Assembly (NCBI GenBank): GCA_007127105.1
Contig: SLAA01000039.1
Span: 755-64,754, forward strand
Direction: 5' to 3'
Length of the DNA stretch: 64,000 bases
Source: Spirochaetales bacterium
GTDB lineage: Bacteria; Spirochaetota; Spirochaetia; DSM-27196; SLAA01
Positions 17,186-25,461 of the stretch are shown here, piece by piece. The position numbers and the translations under genes were made by a program. How positions within the stretch are numbered: position 1 is the first letter of the stretch; each line of letters begins with the position of its first letter. The notes under the pieces were generated by a model. That model did no database searches. It had not been told where the DNA came from and was given only the letters and a program-made list of their open reading frames with translations.

Positions 17186-18691
17186 ATGCCTGAACTTCCT
17201 GAGGTGGAGAGCACCGTTCGCGATTTGCAAGAGGCTGGAATCGCTGGCAGCCGCATCGTCGCCGCTAAGGTTGGCTGGCCGCGCACTGTAGGAGGTGACT
17301 CGGACTCCTTCTGCAAACGAGTACGGGGGCGTGAACTCAGGGCGGTTACCCGCCGTGGCAAGTTCGTTGTACTGCACTTTGACGGCGACCTCGTCGGACT
17401 CCTGCACCTTCGTATGAGTGGCCGCCTAAGCATTGAGGCGTCCGAGAGCCCATTGGGTGCTTATGACCGTGTAACCCTGGTACTTGATTCCGGCCGGGAG
17501 TTGCGTTTTCACGACCCCCGCAAGTTCGGTCGCTTCCTGTTGCACAGCACCACAGATGCGGAGACGCTTCTTGGCAGGCTCGGAGTTGAACCACTTGACC
17601 GGAAGGCGTTCTCAATTGAGGTGCTCAGCAGGCAGTTCAAGGGGCGGCGGCGGCGCATAAAGCCTTTGCTGCTTGACCAGCGTGTTGTGGCTGGACTGGG
17701 AAACATCTACGCAGATGAAAGTCTGTGGGAAGCCGGTATTCATCCTGCACGGAGCGCCGCGTCACTTCAGCGCAGGGAGATTGAAGCACTGGCAGCGGCA
17801 ATACCGTGCGTGCTTGAACGCGCCCTTGCCGCGGGTGGAACCAGCCTCGGCCAGGGCTACAGCAACTACCGGCTCCCCTCAGGCAGAAGCACCGAAGGTA
17901 GAGACGGCCTGCAGGTCTACGGCCGAGCCGGTGCCGCATGCACACAATGCGGTGGACGCATTGTCCGAATCATGTTGGGCCAGCGTTCAACACACTACTG
18001 TCCGCGTTGCCAGCCCGAGGCTCGGATCCAAGGTGTCCTGCTGGACATGGACGGCACCATGATCGAGACTGAGCGCATCCTCATTCGCTCTTTCCAGCAG
18101 GCCGCCGCAGAATGGGGTCTTCATTTGGCGTATGATGACCTGCTCATTACCATAGGCAAGACTGCAGAGGTTTCACGCGAGCTGCTTAGCGAGATGTTGG
18201 GTGAGGTGGTGAGTTTTGAAAGCTGCAGCACACGAGCAGAAGCGTTGGCGCTGGAAGCCATTGCAGTTCAAGGCATTGCACGGAGGCCTGGTCTGGACGA
18301 GTTTCTGGACGAACTCAGCCGCCAGGGCATTCCGCACGCGGTCGCAACGTCCACCCACCGCCGCGAGGCAGAGTACATGTTGACGCAGGCAGGAATTCGC
18401 AACCGGTTCAGCGCCATGGTGTGCGGCGACGAGGTCAGCAGGGGTAAACCTGCTCCCGAGATCTATCAACGAGCAGCCGCACAACTTGGTTTGAAAGCAA
18501 GCGACTGTCTCGCGGTTGAAGACTCCGAACCCGGTGTTCGCGCTGCAGCTGCAGCTGGGGCCTACCCAGTCCTTATTCCAGACCTGGTGCAGCCAAGTAC
18601 CAGAGCGCGTTTTGCGGCTGCGCGTGTCTGCGCGACGCTCGCTGAGGTCACAGCGCTACTGCGAGACGGGGCTATCCTTTATGATGCTTAG
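17186..18691 (+). CDS. mutM: Formamidopyrimidine-DNA glycosylase (Fpg/MutM) fused to a HAD-IA family hydrolase domain
   Basis: Single uninterrupted 501-codon ORF. Residues 1-276 are a complete Fpg: MPELPEVE N-terminus, H2TH region LLLDQRVVAGLGNIYADESL, and the zinc finger CTQCGGRIV..STHYCPRCQ. Residues ~283-501 are a HAD fold: LLDMDGTMIET, AVATST, RGKPAPEIY, VEDSEPGVRAA. Confidence 0.85.
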   Translation: MPELPEVESTVRDLQEAGIAGSRIVAAKVGWPRTVGGDSDSFCKRVRGRELRAVTRRGKFVVLHFDGDLVGLLHLRMSGRLSIEASESPLGAYDRVTLVLDSGRELRFHDPRKFGRFLLHSTTDAETLLGRLGVEPLDRKAFSIEVLSRQFKGRRRRIKPLLLDQRVVAGLGNIYADESLWEAGIHPARSAASLQRREIEALAAAIPCVLERALAAGGTSLGQGYSNYRLPSGRSTEGRDGLQVYGRAGAACTQCGGRIVRIMLGQRSTHYCPRCQPEARIQGVLLDMDGTMIETERILIRSFQQAAAEWGLHLAYDDLLITIGKTAEVSRELLSEMLGEVVSFESCSTRAEALALEAIAVQGIARRPGLDEFLDELSRQGIPHAVATSTHRREAEYMLTQAGIRNRFSAMVCGDEVSRGKPAPEIYQRAAAQLGLKASDCLAVEDSEPGVRAAAAAGAYPVLIPDLVQPSTRARFAAARVCATLAEVTALLRDGAILYDA

Positions 18692-18761
18692 CCCTCCTGA
18701 GCCGGAACGCCAGCACTGAACTGTGCTGGCGATAGAGCTTACTTTTTCTGATAGCACTCTT

Positions 18762-18908
18762 CTATTCGAGCCGCTCATCAGCGCCCTCTTGCACACCTTC
18801 TTCCAACGCCTCTTCTGCCGGTTCGAAATCGGTTGGAGCAGGTTCGCATCCAAGGACCAGAAAGCCCATACTCCCAATCAACATTAACATTGTAAGAATC
18901 TTCTTCAT
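18762..18908 (-). CDS. Small (48-aa) putative lipoprotein, not present in the ORF track
   Basis: ATG 18908 is preceded by AAGGAGG with a 7-nt spacer. Translation MKKILTMLMLIGSMGFLVLGCEPAPTDFEPAEEALEEGVQEGADERLE, stop TAG 18762-18764. It has a classic signal peptide plus the lipobox LVLG|C, and the mature part is acidic. The track's 73-aa ORF 18656..18877 is in another frame and has no RBS. Confidence 0.55.
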   Translation of the reverse strand: MKKILTMLMLIGSMGFLVLGCEPAPTDFEPAEEALEEGVQEGADERLE

Positions 18909-19100
18909 GACGAAACCTCCTTCTTGGTTCTCCATATAAGGTCCTAACGGACTATCAAGGATCTGTCAGCGTTGTGTTAAGATCATGTTAGGCTCCACCC
19001 AGGTGCCGCTCCGGACAGCTGCGGGCTGTGAAGCACGAAACAATGGTTCAGCTATCGCCCGCCTTTTCCTCGTTCTGTGTGTGCGTTATATTGGAGAGGC

Positions 19101-20006
19101 ATGCAGAATTTGATTCGCCCCGCTCTGATCTTTGTGACGCTGTTCCTCCACATCTCGGGCCAGGCTGTAGCTCTTGAGGATCTCGAGCATGCTACGCTCC
19201 AACTAGACGAGCTCCAGTTTGATCTGCTTGGAGGGCTTGCCGAGTCGGTTGTCTCGGTTAAGGTCTATGAACACGAGCCTGAGGTAGCTCCTACATCAGA
19301 GCCGGTTGCACGTTTGCAACGGACTGCCTCCGGGACCACTGAGCAGCGCAAGATGGGCACGTCACCCGTAGACACGAACAGCGCAACACTTGTCCGACAC
19401 TACGACACCGACGGACTCATTGTTCAAGAATACACCGTAGATTCTCACGGTGACACACAACAGCGCAAAGCCTTTCTCTACGATGAAGACGGACGCATCC
19501 AGCAAGTCACCAGTTACCAGGGGCACGATGCGGTCGAGAGCGCCCACATCTTCTTGTATGCAGAGAACCTCTTGGGCGAGGTTGCCGTTTATGAAGCGGA
19601 CGGCAGGCCTCGCTGGAGACGGGTGTATGAGTACCCCAACGAGCATGTGGTCAGATGGTCCTTGCTGCATGCAGACGGCAGGCTTCAGCAGGCCGGTGAA
19701 CTGATCTATGGCGCAGAGAAGGTGTTGCAAGAGCACCGGAGTCTGGACGAGAACAACACGCTCACCGAACGTAGAACATTCGAGTATGACAACCGAGGAA
19801 ACCTTATACGTCGGGTTATTGAAGACGGGAACGGAGAACCTGTATCGGTGACCCGGTATCGCTACACCTATGATGAGCGTGGGACCTGGACACGGGTAGA
19901 TGCGTTTGTTGTTGAAACTCGTCGCGAACGGCCCTTTCAAGTAGTGCGAAACGCATTCACCCGAGAGGTCAACTACGATTCGTCGAACGAGAGGGAGCTC
20001 TTTTGA
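19101..20006 (+). CDS. Secreted YD/RHS-repeat-like protein
   Basis: ORF 19077..20006. I chose ATG 19101 (GGAGAGG just upstream), which gives the signal peptide MQNLIRPALIFVTLFLHISGQAVA. It has repeated YD-type motifs (AFLYDEDGRIQQV, TFEYDNRGNLIRRV, RYRYTYDERGTWTRV). Its TGA (20004-20006) overlaps the ATG of the next gene. Confidence 0.7.
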   Translation: MQNLIRPALIFVTLFLHISGQAVALEDLEHATLQLDELQFDLLGGLAESVVSVKVYEHEPEVAPTSEPVARLQRTASGTTEQRKMGTSPVDTNSATLVRHYDTDGLIVQEYTVDSHGDTQQRKAFLYDEDGRIQQVTSYQGHDAVESAHIFLYAENLLGEVAVYEADGRPRWRRVYEYPNEHVVRWSLLHADGRLQQAGELIYGAEKVLQEHRSLDENNTLTERRTFEYDNRGNLIRRVIEDGNGEPVSVTRYRYTYDERGTWTRVDAFVVETRRERPFQVVRNAFTREVNYDSSNERELF

Positions 20007-20695
20007 TGGCACATATTTTTGTTGTTGAGGACAACACTCTCATTCGAGAAGGGATTCGGGACTATCTCGCAATTGAGGGAGACCAGGTGACGGAGTTTGA
20101 TAGCGTTGCCGGGGTGCTTGAGGGGATACGAACCCGCAGTCCAGATCTCTTGATTCTGGATATCATGCTGCCGGACGGCAACGGTCTGCGGCTGGCAAAG
20201 GAAATCCGAGAGTTCAGCGACGTCCCTATACTTTTCCTCACTGCTAAGGACACAGAGTCGGACCGCATCACCGGCTTTGAGGTAGGTGGAGACGACTACG
20301 TTGTGAAGCCCTTCTCGCCAAAAGAGCTGGTACTTCGCACACGCGCACTTCTGCGCCGTACGGCCGAGAGCAAACCCGAGCAGGCTCGCTGCACCACCTT
20401 TGTGTGTGATGGATGCACCCTCCGGCTAGACGAGTCAACTCACAAAGACTTCCTTGACGAACGCGAGCTCCATCTCACAATTTCTGAACGACGCATACTG
20501 CAACGACTCAGCGCGGAACCCGGCCGGGTAGTAAGTCGAGAACACATACTTGGTGACTGCCTTGACTACCTGCATGATGGTTCACATCGGACTGTCGACA
20601 CCCATATTGCCAATCTGCGTGCCAAACTAGACACCGGGGACTGGATTGAGACGGTACGGGGCGTCGGGTACCGCTTTCGAGGCTCTCCTGCATGA
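20006..20695 (+). CDS. OmpR/PhoB-family response regulator
   Basis: Receiver domain (IFVVEDN, DLLILDIMLPDGNG, KPF) plus a winged-helix output domain (VDTHIANLRAKL, VRGVGYRF). ATG 20006 is preferred to the track's TTG 20003. Confidence 0.9.
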   Translation: MAHIFVVEDNTLIREGIRDYLAIEGDQVTEFDSVAGVLEGIRTRSPDLLILDIMLPDGNGLRLAKEIREFSDVPILFLTAKDTESDRITGFEVGGDDYVVKPFSPKELVLRTRALLRRTAESKPEQARCTTFVCDGCTLRLDESTHKDFLDERELHLTISERRILQRLSAEPGRVVSREHILGDCLDYLHDGSHRTVDTHIANLRAKLDTGDWIETVRGVGYRFRGSPA

Positions 20696-22107
20696 AGACT
20701 CTGTTTGCGCGTTCTTTTGCCGCCTTTTTTGTGTCGCTCCTGCTGTTAGTACTGATCATCCTTGCGGTTTTCTTGTTCGGGATGCGCCGATCAATTGGCG
20801 ACTGGAACATGTATAGGCGCCAAAGTCTTCAGAATATCCTTGTTCCAAGCCTCAACGAACTTGCTCGCCGCGAAGGCGGACTCAACCCGAACTCGGTGGA
20901 GCGTGAACTGTCTCAGTTCCTGAACCCAAATCAGTATGTCTACGTCTTTGATGCTGAACGGCGACCGGTGTTTCTTTACCATGGGGGTGAACGGCGTGCA
21001 ATTGGCGATCCTGAGGTCGTGGAGGAACTCATTTCACCCCTAGAAGAGCGTGGAGCAATGCCAGCAGCACTCTTTGATGACGATATCGTCATTGGATTCC
21101 TGGCAGCCGATACATTGGGCTTCATGAGCGATGTCGCCAACCTGCGGTTCCTTCACTCGCTTATGGTGACGCTGCTGACCGCAGTCATTCTCGCCGGCGT
21201 GGTAGCCTTTGTTCCGGCATACAGCATCTCACGCGGAATATCCAACAGCGTGAAGAAGCTCGCAGATGGCTTGGCTGCCATTGGTGAAGGGAAACGTGAC
21301 ATTGAGTTCCGGCGCAGCGGAGCCGCCTTGGAGCTTGCCCTGGTAGCCGAAACCGCTGAGAGTCTGCAAACTCGACTCGAGTACGAAGAGAAGCTCCGAC
21401 GTCAATGGGCACAGGATATTTCGCATGATCTTCGCACTCCGCTCACAGCCTTCCGCACCCAGTTAGAAGGCATGATAGAAGGGGTTATTGAGCCGACCCA
21501 GACTCGCTTGGAGGCTATGTTTCAGGAATTACTGCAGATTGAGCTCCTGGTGCGGGACCTCAGAGAGCTGAGCCATATAGAGTCCCCCGAAATGCGCCTT
21601 GACCAGAGGCGTATTGACTGCGAGTCCTTTATTGGATTGCTTGTTCGCCGTAGCAAGGCAGCACATCAGCGGGACGACATCTCCTACGTCACGGCAGCAC
21701 AGATTGAATCATTTGAGGGAGACGAACAGCTGCTCCTGCGGGCGGTAGATAATGTTGTGCAGAACGCAGTCCTACACGTGAGCCACGGTGGAGAAATAGG
21801 GATTCACCTCGCGAAGGCTGAGTCCCCCATGGCGACACGCATAGAGGTGCGCAATACGGGCTACATCAGCGAGGAGGATCTACCCCATGTTTTTGAGCGG
21901 CTCTATCGATCGACGCGTCAACCGGCGTGTAACGCCAGCAGCGGCGGATCGGGGCTTGGGCTGTCAATTACCAAGGCAGTGGTTGAGCTTCACGGTGGCT
22001 CGATACGCATGAGTCAGGAAGGGGAGGAAACAGTTGTAGCTATCTTGTTGCCGGCGCACCAGGATCCCTGGCGCTCACCCATGTCAATAAGCGAAACGTC
22101 GTCCTAA
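20692..22107 (+). CDS. Sensor histidine kinase (two TM segments, periplasmic loop, HAMP, HisKA, HATPase_c)
   Basis: ATGA overlap with the regulator gene. TM1 is FAAFFVSLLLLVLIILAVFLF and TM2 is LMVTLLTAVILAGVVAFVPA. H-box ISHDLRTPLT. N and G boxes VVQNAVLHV and GGSGLGLSITK. Confidence 0.9.
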   Translation: MKTLFARSFAAFFVSLLLLVLIILAVFLFGMRRSIGDWNMYRRQSLQNILVPSLNELARREGGLNPNSVERELSQFLNPNQYVYVFDAERRPVFLYHGGERRAIGDPEVVEELISPLEERGAMPAALFDDDIVIGFLAADTLGFMSDVANLRFLHSLMVTLLTAVILAGVVAFVPAYSISRGISNSVKKLADGLAAIGEGKRDIEFRRSGAALELALVAETAESLQTRLEYEEKLRRQWAQDISHDLRTPLTAFRTQLEGMIEGVIEPTQTRLEAMFQELLQIELLVRDLRELSHIESPEMRLDQRRIDCESFIGLLVRRSKAAHQRDDISYVTAAQIESFEGDEQLLLRAVDNVVQNAVLHVSHGGEIGIHLAKAESPMATRIEVRNTGYISEEDLPHVFERLYRSTRQPACNASSGGSGLGLSITKAVVELHGGSIRMSQEGEETVVAILLPAHQDPWRSPMSISETSS

Positions 22108-22163
22108 ATCCGCGCAGAATTGCGATTGCGCACAAAACCATTTACGAGTATAGTAGTGGGATC

Positions 22164-22970
22164 ATGAGCGACCTAGAAGCACTCGATTCACAACACGAGG
22201 CAGTCCCAACAAGGTCTGTGATTAAAACCATGCAACTGCTTGAGCAGCTCTCGCGCGACGGAGAGAGCAGTCTTGGCGAGATTGCGAACCGCCTGGGAAT
22301 GCACAAGAGTACCGTACATCGCTTTGTCAACTCTCTCAAGGAACTGGGATACGTGCGGCAGAACCCGGACAACGAACGGTACAGCCTGACGCTCAAGCTT
22401 TTTGAGGTGGGTTCGGCGGTTCTTGAGCGCACTGAACTGTGGAAAGAAGCGCACCCAATCATGAAAACGCTGGCCGAGCAAACCCTGGAAACCGTGCATC
22501 TGGCGGCGCTGGAGAATGACGAGCTCGTGTATCTCCACAAGATTGAGTCTACTCGTGCACTTCGTGTTTCCATGAACACCCGGGTTGGACGCACGGCTCC
22601 GCTCCATTGTACATCTCTCGGCAAAGTGCTCCTGGGCTCACTCTCGGAGCGGAAACGTGAACGGCTCATGAAGAAGGTCCGCTACGACCGCTACACAGAA
22701 CACACGCGCACCGAGCCGGATGCCTTAGCCGAGGAACTGGAGAAGGTAGCCAAACGCGGTTATGCCGTTGATAACGAGGAACATGAGCTGGGCGTACGCT
22801 GTGTTGGAGCTCCTATTCGGAACGCCGTTGGGGATGTGGTTGCCGCGCTGAGTGTTTCCATGCCAAGTGTGCGCTTAACCGACGAGAACAGAGACACCTA
22901 CACCGATCTAGTGGTGCGAAGCGCCCAGAATATTTCCTATAAACTCGGGTGGCGCCCACCCACTACATAA
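22164..22970 (+). CDS. IclR-family transcriptional regulator
   Basis: 268 aa. N-terminal wHTH (LGEIANRLGMHKSTVHRFVNSLKELGYV) and a C-terminal IclR effector domain (HLAALENDELVYLHKIES, GYAVDNEEHELGVRCVGAPI). Confidence 0.9.
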   Translation: MSDLEALDSQHEAVPTRSVIKTMQLLEQLSRDGESSLGEIANRLGMHKSTVHRFVNSLKELGYVRQNPDNERYSLTLKLFEVGSAVLERTELWKEAHPIMKTLAEQTLETVHLAALENDELVYLHKIESTRALRVSMNTRVGRTAPLHCTSLGKVLLGSLSERKRERLMKKVRYDRYTEHTRTEPDALAEELEKVAKRGYAVDNEEHELGVRCVGAPIRNAVGDVVAALSVSMPSVRLTDENRDTYTDLVVRSAQNISYKLGWRPPTT

Positions 22971-22987
22971 AACCTTGGGCTAAACAT

Positions 22988-23467
22988 CTAGTCCAGGCTC
23001 GGATCTACTGTTTCCATTCCAACCGCCTCCGCAAATACGTTGTAGAGGTCGCCGTCGGTCTTAGCCGATACAACACGATGCATGACTTCTTTGTCTTTGA
23101 GAATGGTGCAGATCTCGGTAAGGAACCGAAGGTGAGGATCAATAGAGCCAATGGGTGACAGAGTCAGCACAAAAACCTGAGCAGGCTTCTTGTCCAGGCT
23201 TTCGAAGTCAATTTTTTTCCTGCTGACCCCAATAGCAACGACAAAATCTTCAACTCCGGCGGTTTTTGCATGCGGAATAGCAAGCCCGTTTTCCATGCCG
23301 GTAGAGATCTCGCGCTCATGGTTGAGAAGGTCTTTCTTTGCCAGTTCGCAATCCGAGACCTGTCCGCTACGACAAGCTATATCAAGCAGCGCTTCAATAA
23401 CTTGTCTCTTAGTTCTACCGGGCAACTTGGTTGCCACAAGGTCAGGTGTAAGGTATTCTCGTAACAC
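22988..23467 (-). CDS. PTS EIIA type-2 domain protein (PtsN/fructose-mannitol family), orphan
   Basis: 159 aa. It has the conserved phosphorylatable-His context GLAIPHAKT and the typical N-terminus LTPDLVATKLPGRTKRQVIEALLD. GTG start without an obvious SD. No other PTS component lies in the window. Confidence 0.8.
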   Translation of the reverse strand: MLREYLTPDLVATKLPGRTKRQVIEALLDIACRSGQVSDCELAKKDLLNHEREISTGMENGLAIPHAKTAGVEDFVVAIGVSRKKIDFESLDKKPAQVFVLTLSPIGSIDPHLRFLTEICTILKDKEVMHRVVSAKTDGDLYNVFAEAVGMETVDPSLD

Positions 23468-23733
23468 GCTGTCATTCTGCGACGCCGGGTAATAATTGTC
23501 AAGCAGGATCCAGCCTCACGCTGATCAGAGTGGCACGACGCCACCCTGAGCTCGCGTTGCGCTACACTTGAATGCATTCTGTAGTACGCCCGTTCTGTAT
23601 ATTAAGGACGAAATCTTTGCCCCGGTATAGTGAAAAAACGGACGAGTATGGTAATGTTCAGCCTGCGCATACCCTAGGAAGACAACTCGCCGTGTGAGCG
23701 TGCACTGCACCGTAGCGGATTAAGGAGATGCCC

Positions 23734-24246
23734 ATGAAGCAAAAAGCAACAACGCACGTGTTTGGCGTTCTCTTCACCGTAGCGCTGCTGACGATCGTCT
23801 GGATCGTCTACAACGAAAGTGTCGACCTCGCAACCGTTGGGCTTGGGGTCGTACTTGCCTTCATAGCGCTCGTCCTCACTGATACCTTTGTCATGAAAGA
23901 GGACTACCGTCAGACCTACCAGATTAGCCTCGTTGCGATTCTTAAGTACATTCCGTTTATTTTCCTGCAGATTTACATCTCCGGCTTCGATGCCATTTAT
24001 CGCGTGTTTACTGGAAAGGTTAATGTCGGGGTAGTGGAGATCAAGACGAAACTCCCAACCGCGTTCCAGCGCGGGTTGCTTTCGAATGCAATCACCCTCA
24101 CTCCCGGTACCGTGACGCTTGACCAGGAAGATGACGACATGACCATTATCTGGCTTGACTGTGCTACCCCGGATCCAGATGAGGCTGGCGAAACCATAAA
24201 GGGAAACTTTGAGCGCATACTTCTCCGTCAGAAGGTGAACTCATGA
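23734..24246 (+). CDS. mrpE: Mrp/Mnh cation:proton antiporter subunit E (MbhA-like)
   Basis: AAGGAG lies 7 nt before ATG 23734 (the track start 23728 is only 1 nt after the SD). It carries the MnhE hallmark AITLTPGTVTLD. Confidence 0.85.
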   Translation: MKQKATTHVFGVLFTVALLTIVWIVYNESVDLATVGLGVVLAFIALVLTDTFVMKEDYRQTYQISLVAILKYIPFIFLQIYISGFDAIYRVFTGKVNVGVVEIKTKLPTAFQRGLLSNAITLTPGTVTLDQEDDDMTIIWLDCATPDPDEAGETIKGNFERILLRQKVNS

Positions 24247-24503
24247 ACTTCTATATTATTGTGATCATTGCACTCGTAGCAGCGGCGGTAGGATCCCTGG
24301 CACGCATTATCGCAGGCCCCACTATTTGGGATCGGCTGCTGGGACTCAATGTGGTCTCTTCAAAAGTTATCATGGTAGTCATTGTATTTTCCCTTATGCT
24401 GGACACTGGATACTTGCTTGATATGGCAATTATCTATGCCCTTCTTGGCTACCTCGGCGGAGTGCTCACCGCGCGCTTCATTGAACGACGGGGAAACCTC
24501 TAG
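24243..24503 (+). CDS. mrpF: Mrp/Mnh antiporter subunit F (MbhB-like)
   Basis: 86 aa with three helices, the motif IAGPTIWDRLLGLN, and a 4-nt ATGA overlap with subunit E. Confidence 0.85.
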   Translation: MNFYIIVIIALVAAAVGSLARIIAGPTIWDRLLGLNVVSSKVIMVVIVFSLMLDTGYLLDMAIIYALLGYLGGVLTARFIERRGNL

Positions 24504-24523
24504 CCCATGCGGAGAACTTGGAT

Positions 24524-24904
24524 ATGAACGTGCTCATTGGACAAATTCTTATTGGAATAGGCTTGGTGTTTATTGCCATAGGAACCTTCAGTCTCTTGCG
24601 TCTGGGTGACTTCTACACCCGGATTCTCATCACCTCAAAGATCGACTCCATGGGACTCATTACCATTATTTTTGGGGCTATGATTATCTCGGGCTGGACC
24701 TTCTTCACCGCAAAGCTTGCCTTTATTCTGCTATTTGAAATGATCACCGCCCCAATAGGAACACACGCTGTTGCTCGCTCGGCGTACCGCAGCGGCTACC
24801 AGATTATTAACCACACACGCCTCTTCACCAAGCGAAGGGACAAGAACATAGATGCAGAGGGACATATTGTGCGGCAGGTTGACGACTTTGGAGACCTAAC
24901 ATGA
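24524..24904 (+). CDS. mrpG: Mrp/Mnh antiporter subunit G (MbhC-like)
   Basis: GGAGA lies 8 nt before ATG 24524 (the track uses TTG 24518). MnhG pattern IGTFSLLRLGDFYTRILITSKIDSMG. Confidence 0.85.
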   Translation: MNVLIGQILIGIGLVFIAIGTFSLLRLGDFYTRILITSKIDSMGLITIIFGAMIISGWTFFTAKLAFILLFEMITAPIGTHAVARSAYRSGYQIINHTRLFTKRRDKNIDAEGHIVRQVDDFGDLT

Positions 24905-25461
24905 ACACCATTGTAGCAGAAGCCGCACTGCTTCTTGTCATGGCTCTCATGGCACTCCTGACAATCAAGACCCAGATCTTGCGCATGGCCATTGTGTACA
25001 TGGGAATTTTCTCCTTGTCGGCCTCACTTGTATATGTCTTGTACCGCGCGCCGGATGTCGCAATAGCAGAGGCGGTCATTGGAAGTGGCCTTGTCGCTCT
25101 GCTCTACCTAAGCGCGCTCAAACGCTACCGCGTGTACACTATCGGCGTAGTCGGTTCAAACATGCCAAATGTGAGCGACCGACACATTCTCAGGATGGAA
25201 CGCAATGCGGTTATCAACGATATTGCCGGATTCTGTGTGGAACGTGAACGCGAGCCGCAGACGGTCTTCTCACAAGAGAGTATTGACGAGGCTTTGTTGA
25301 ATACCAACTACGATATCGTCATTGAGGAGTACGAAGGCGGCATTCGCCTCTACGGCCACGATGAAAACTATCTTGTCGATGAGCTTGAGCTCCTGTTCTC
25401 TATCCGCGATCGAGATCAGGAACTTGAGGTCATTCGATTTCGCGCAGGAGCAGGAATATGA
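24901..25461 (+). CDS. DUF4040/MbhD-like membrane subunit with ~110-aa soluble C-terminal extension
   Basis: ATGA overlap with mrpG. Residues 1-73 form three TM helices resembling the MbhD / MrpA-C-terminal piece (YRAPDVAIAEAVIGSGL). Residues 74-186 are hydrophilic (RYRVYTIGVVGSN...ELEVIRFRAGAGI) and match no family I recognise. Confidence 0.75.
   Translation: MNTIVAEAALLLVMALMALLTIKTQILRMAIVYMGIFSLSASLVYVLYRAPDVAIAEAVIGSGLVALLYLSALKRYRVYTIGVVGSNMPNVSDRHILRMERNAVINDIAGFCVEREREPQTVFSQESIDEALLNTNYDIVIEEYEGGIRLYGHDENYLVDELELLFSIRDRDQELEVIRFRAGAGI

Noticed and set aside
18656-18877. 73-aa minus-strand ORF from the track.
   Set aside because: It has a TTG start without an RBS and a basic low-complexity translation. 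A different frame in the same place gives a textbook RBS plus lipoprotein signal peptide (18762..18908), which I prefer.
23468-23733. Na+/Li+ or c-di-AMP-type riboswitch upstream of the Mrp cluster.
   Set aside because: I could not identify the conserved cores of these RNA classes by eye. I kept it only as a region to scan computationally.
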